64,000 bases of DNA, taken from NCBI GenBank assembly GCA_002411085.1, contig DHQK01000129.1, forward strand, positions 35,977-99,976, given 5' to 3'. The notes under the pieces were generated by a model, which had not been told where the DNA came from, did not search any database, and saw only the letters and a list, made by a program, of their open reading frames with translations. The DNA is from Marinilabilia sp. UBA5340 (GTDB lineage: Bacteria > Bacteroidota > Bacteroidia > Bacteroidales > Marinilabiliaceae). Made by a program: the position numbers and the translations under genes. Of the stretch, positions 62,191-64,000 are shown piece after piece (position 1 is the first letter of the stretch; every line of letters begins with the position of its first letter).

Positions 62191-62240
62191 ACGAGTCCCG
62201 AAACTTCGGGACGAGTTCCCCCGATAGATCGGGGCAGGCT
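62191..62240. repeat. Two adjacent short REP-like palindromes
   Basis: GTCCCGAA-AC-TTCGGGAC (62195-62212) and CCCCGAT-AG-ATCGGGG (62219-62234); ACGAGT occurs at 62191 and 62211. Confidence 0.6.
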
Positions 62241-62451
62241 ATTAGATCTTTATAATCAAACTTATACTAATGAAAGATGAAATGTTGTTTGTATGGTGGA
62301 GATTATCAGTATTTAGTGTTTTGGTTTTTTATTGTTTCTGATGCAATCCTTGATTGCTTTGATGCAGGAAGGAAAATATACAACAATTTGAGCTATTTTT
62401 GCGTATAAATAGAATACAAGAATGTTTTAATAAACTTTAATCATTAACTGT

Positions 62452-63669
62452 ATGAAAATCAGAAGTTTTTTATTTTTTGTGACAGCCCTGGCAGTTTTAG
62501 CCGGTTGTAAAGATGACGACAAGGGAGGTGATAACTTTAGCAGTTTGACTCCCGAAGAGCATAAAGCCAATCTTGAACAGAGTGGGTTAAATGTAGTCGA
62601 ACAAATGGAGGCTATGAGTGAATTGAATTCAGTGAATGCCATTCTTGATCTGATGGATTTAATGGAGGCTACCAATGAGCAGGATTATGCTTTGGCAGGA
62701 GTAATGCAACCTGTGGTGGTTTTAGGCGATGGCGTGTCTGCTGCTTTTGACCTGAAATCGACGATGGTTGATGGATCATCATTGAGTCAGTTGTTTAATG
62801 AAGATGCAGGGATTTATACCTACAATGCTACCCAGAATACCTGGGATGAGGAAGCCAGCGACGATGAGATCACTTATCATTTTCCTACAGAGGGTAGTGA
62901 TGTGAATAATGCCACATTGTCCCTGACTAATTTTACTTATGTCACTGTAACCAATCCGGATCTGGCAGAGGTTAGTGATGAGTTACCTGCCACTTTGGAT
63001 GTTGGGCTTACGGTTGATGGAGAGACACTGATCTCTTTTAGCTTTGCTGCATCTTATGATGACGACGGAATTCCCACTTCCATTTCGGAAAGCTGGACAC
63101 TGGAGAAGTATAATCTGACGACTTCTGTATCCAGAAGTTCTTCAAAAATCGAAATTGATCAGGCCTTTTCTTACAATCAGGAGAATATTTTATCTTCTCA
63201 TTTCTCCAATAGCGGGTCTTTCAATTATGATGAGGTTATGGAGGATGTTGAAGGCCAGGATCTGGGTAATCAGGATGTGTTGAATTCTTCAAACGCCTGG
63301 ATTGCCATTGATAACCTGAAGTTGGAAGGTACAGTGAACTGGAAAGGACTGGCTAAAGATTATGTTAATATTGGAGCCATTGAAAGTGATCAGGAGTATG
63401 CTGAGAAAAGTGCTGATATCCTGAATGAAAATATGAGCCTGAAGTTGAAATACCATGATAGTAATGAGGTGATAGCAACGGGAGAGGCTTATGCCTATGT
63501 TTATGAGGATTACTTTGGTGACTCTTTTTGGGATGTTGATTTGCGTATGAAATTTTCAGATGGCTCCTATATGGATGATTCGTTTTTTGGAGAAGACGAT
63601 TTCGTTGAGCTCATTGAGAGTGTCGAGGAGATGATAAACGGAGCTGAAGAGAATTATGATGTTGAATAA
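62452..63669 (+). CDS. Hypothetical acidic lipoprotein, probably surface-exposed
   Basis: Lipobox LAGC followed by KDDDK (resembles the Bacteroidota lipoprotein export signal); D/E-rich; no domain recognised. Confidence 0.8.
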   Translation: MKIRSFLFFVTALAVLAGCKDDDKGGDNFSSLTPEEHKANLEQSGLNVVEQMEAMSELNSVNAILDLMDLMEATNEQDYALAGVMQPVVVLGDGVSAAFDLKSTMVDGSSLSQLFNEDAGIYTYNATQNTWDEEASDDEITYHFPTEGSDVNNATLSLTNFTYVTVTNPDLAEVSDELPATLDVGLTVDGETLISFSFAASYDDDGIPTSISESWTLEKYNLTTSVSRSSSKIEIDQAFSYNQENILSSHFSNSGSFNYDEVMEDVEGQDLGNQDVLNSSNAWIAIDNLKLEGTVNWKGLAKDYVNIGAIESDQEYAEKSADILNENMSLKLKYHDSNEVIATGEAYAYVYEDYFGDSFWDVDLRMKFSDGSYMDDSFFGEDDFVELIESVEEMINGAEENYDVE

Positions 63670-63706
63670 CATTGAATTTTAATCGAACTCCAGATTAAGA
63701 TAAAAC

Positions 63707-63742
63707 AGAAGGAGACTGCAACCATGTGGTCTCCTTTCTTTT
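63707..63742 (+). terminator. Intrinsic terminator after the lipoprotein gene
   Basis: AGAAGGAGACTGCA-ACCA-TGTGGTCTCCTTTCTTTT. Confidence 0.7.
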
Positions 63743-63771
63743 ATTATTTGTGTGTTAAAAAATGCAATAAC

Positions 63772-64000
63772 TTGTATCGTAGGTTTTTAAAGTCAGGAAT
63801 TATTCTTCTGTGCTGGGGCTTTGCATTTAATGTTTCAGAGGCTCAAACGCATTGCTTTCGGGGCCGGCTGGTAGATGATTCTACCGGTTTGCCCGTGTGG
63901 GGAGCACATGTATGGGAAGCAATCGATGCTTTAGGGGTGGTTTCCGATTCAACCGGATACTTTCAGCTTTGTATTCCCAATGGCAGGGATGAGATGGTTT
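63772..64000 (+). CDS. 5' fragment of a secreted protein with a carboxypeptidase-regulatory-like domain (probably a TonB-dependent receptor); start uncertain (TTG 63772 or ATG 63724)
   Basis: Manual translation: YRRFLKSGIILLCWGFAFNVSEAQTHCFRGRLVDDSTGLPVWGAHV...GVVSDSTGYFQL; open to the window end. Confidence 0.65.
   Translation, partial: MYRRFLKSGIILLCWGFAFNVSEAQTHCFRGRLVDDSTGLPVWGAHVWEAIDALGVVSDSTGYFQLCIPNGRDEMV

Noticed and set aside
62079-62451. Integrase or prophage attachment at tRNA-Arg
   Set aside because: No integrase and no duplicated tRNA 3' end is visible within the window.

Overview
This is 64 kb of mostly core chromosome from a Bacteroidota genome. The evidence is TAnnTTTG promoter elements, T9SS sprA, RprXY and the gene orders; a Marinilabiliales-like Bacteroidales organism is an inference. 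In order: the 5' part of lpxD and an HD-domain phosphohydrolase; rimP-nusA-infB; thiL-like-ruvA-sprA-gcvH on the minus strand, divergent from sufBCDSE-sufT-queG; yjbQ; a lysophospholipase/GSCFA pair; a glgC-less glycogen locus (GH133-like, GT4, GH57, a 1410-aa GT3 glycogen synthase-GT35 phosphorylase fusion, and a convergent GH13_8-type branching enzyme); kdsB; a sigma54 activator-lptE-TPR-secG-groES-groEL block; an epimerase; lepA; rprXY; acpP-fabF-rnc; purN; an M23 peptidase; yitT; leuS; an orphan pectin esterase pair; tRNA-Arg(CCG); an acidic surface lipoprotein; and the start of a TonB-receptor-like gene. I saw no transposase, prophage or CRISPR array. Most notable: (1) an intact ThiL homologue that has lost most ATP/Mg-binding acidic residues but kept the thiamine-side motifs (candidate pseudokinase or sensor); (2) the synthase-phosphorylase fusion locus, whose partner proteins have degenerate or appended domains; (3) a sigma54-like promoter upstream of groES near a sensor-less sigma54 activator; (4) a perfect 19-bp palindrome (Fur-box-like) over the suf promoter; (5) small nested MITE/REP-like elements. 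All family calls come from motif recognition by eye, without database searches.
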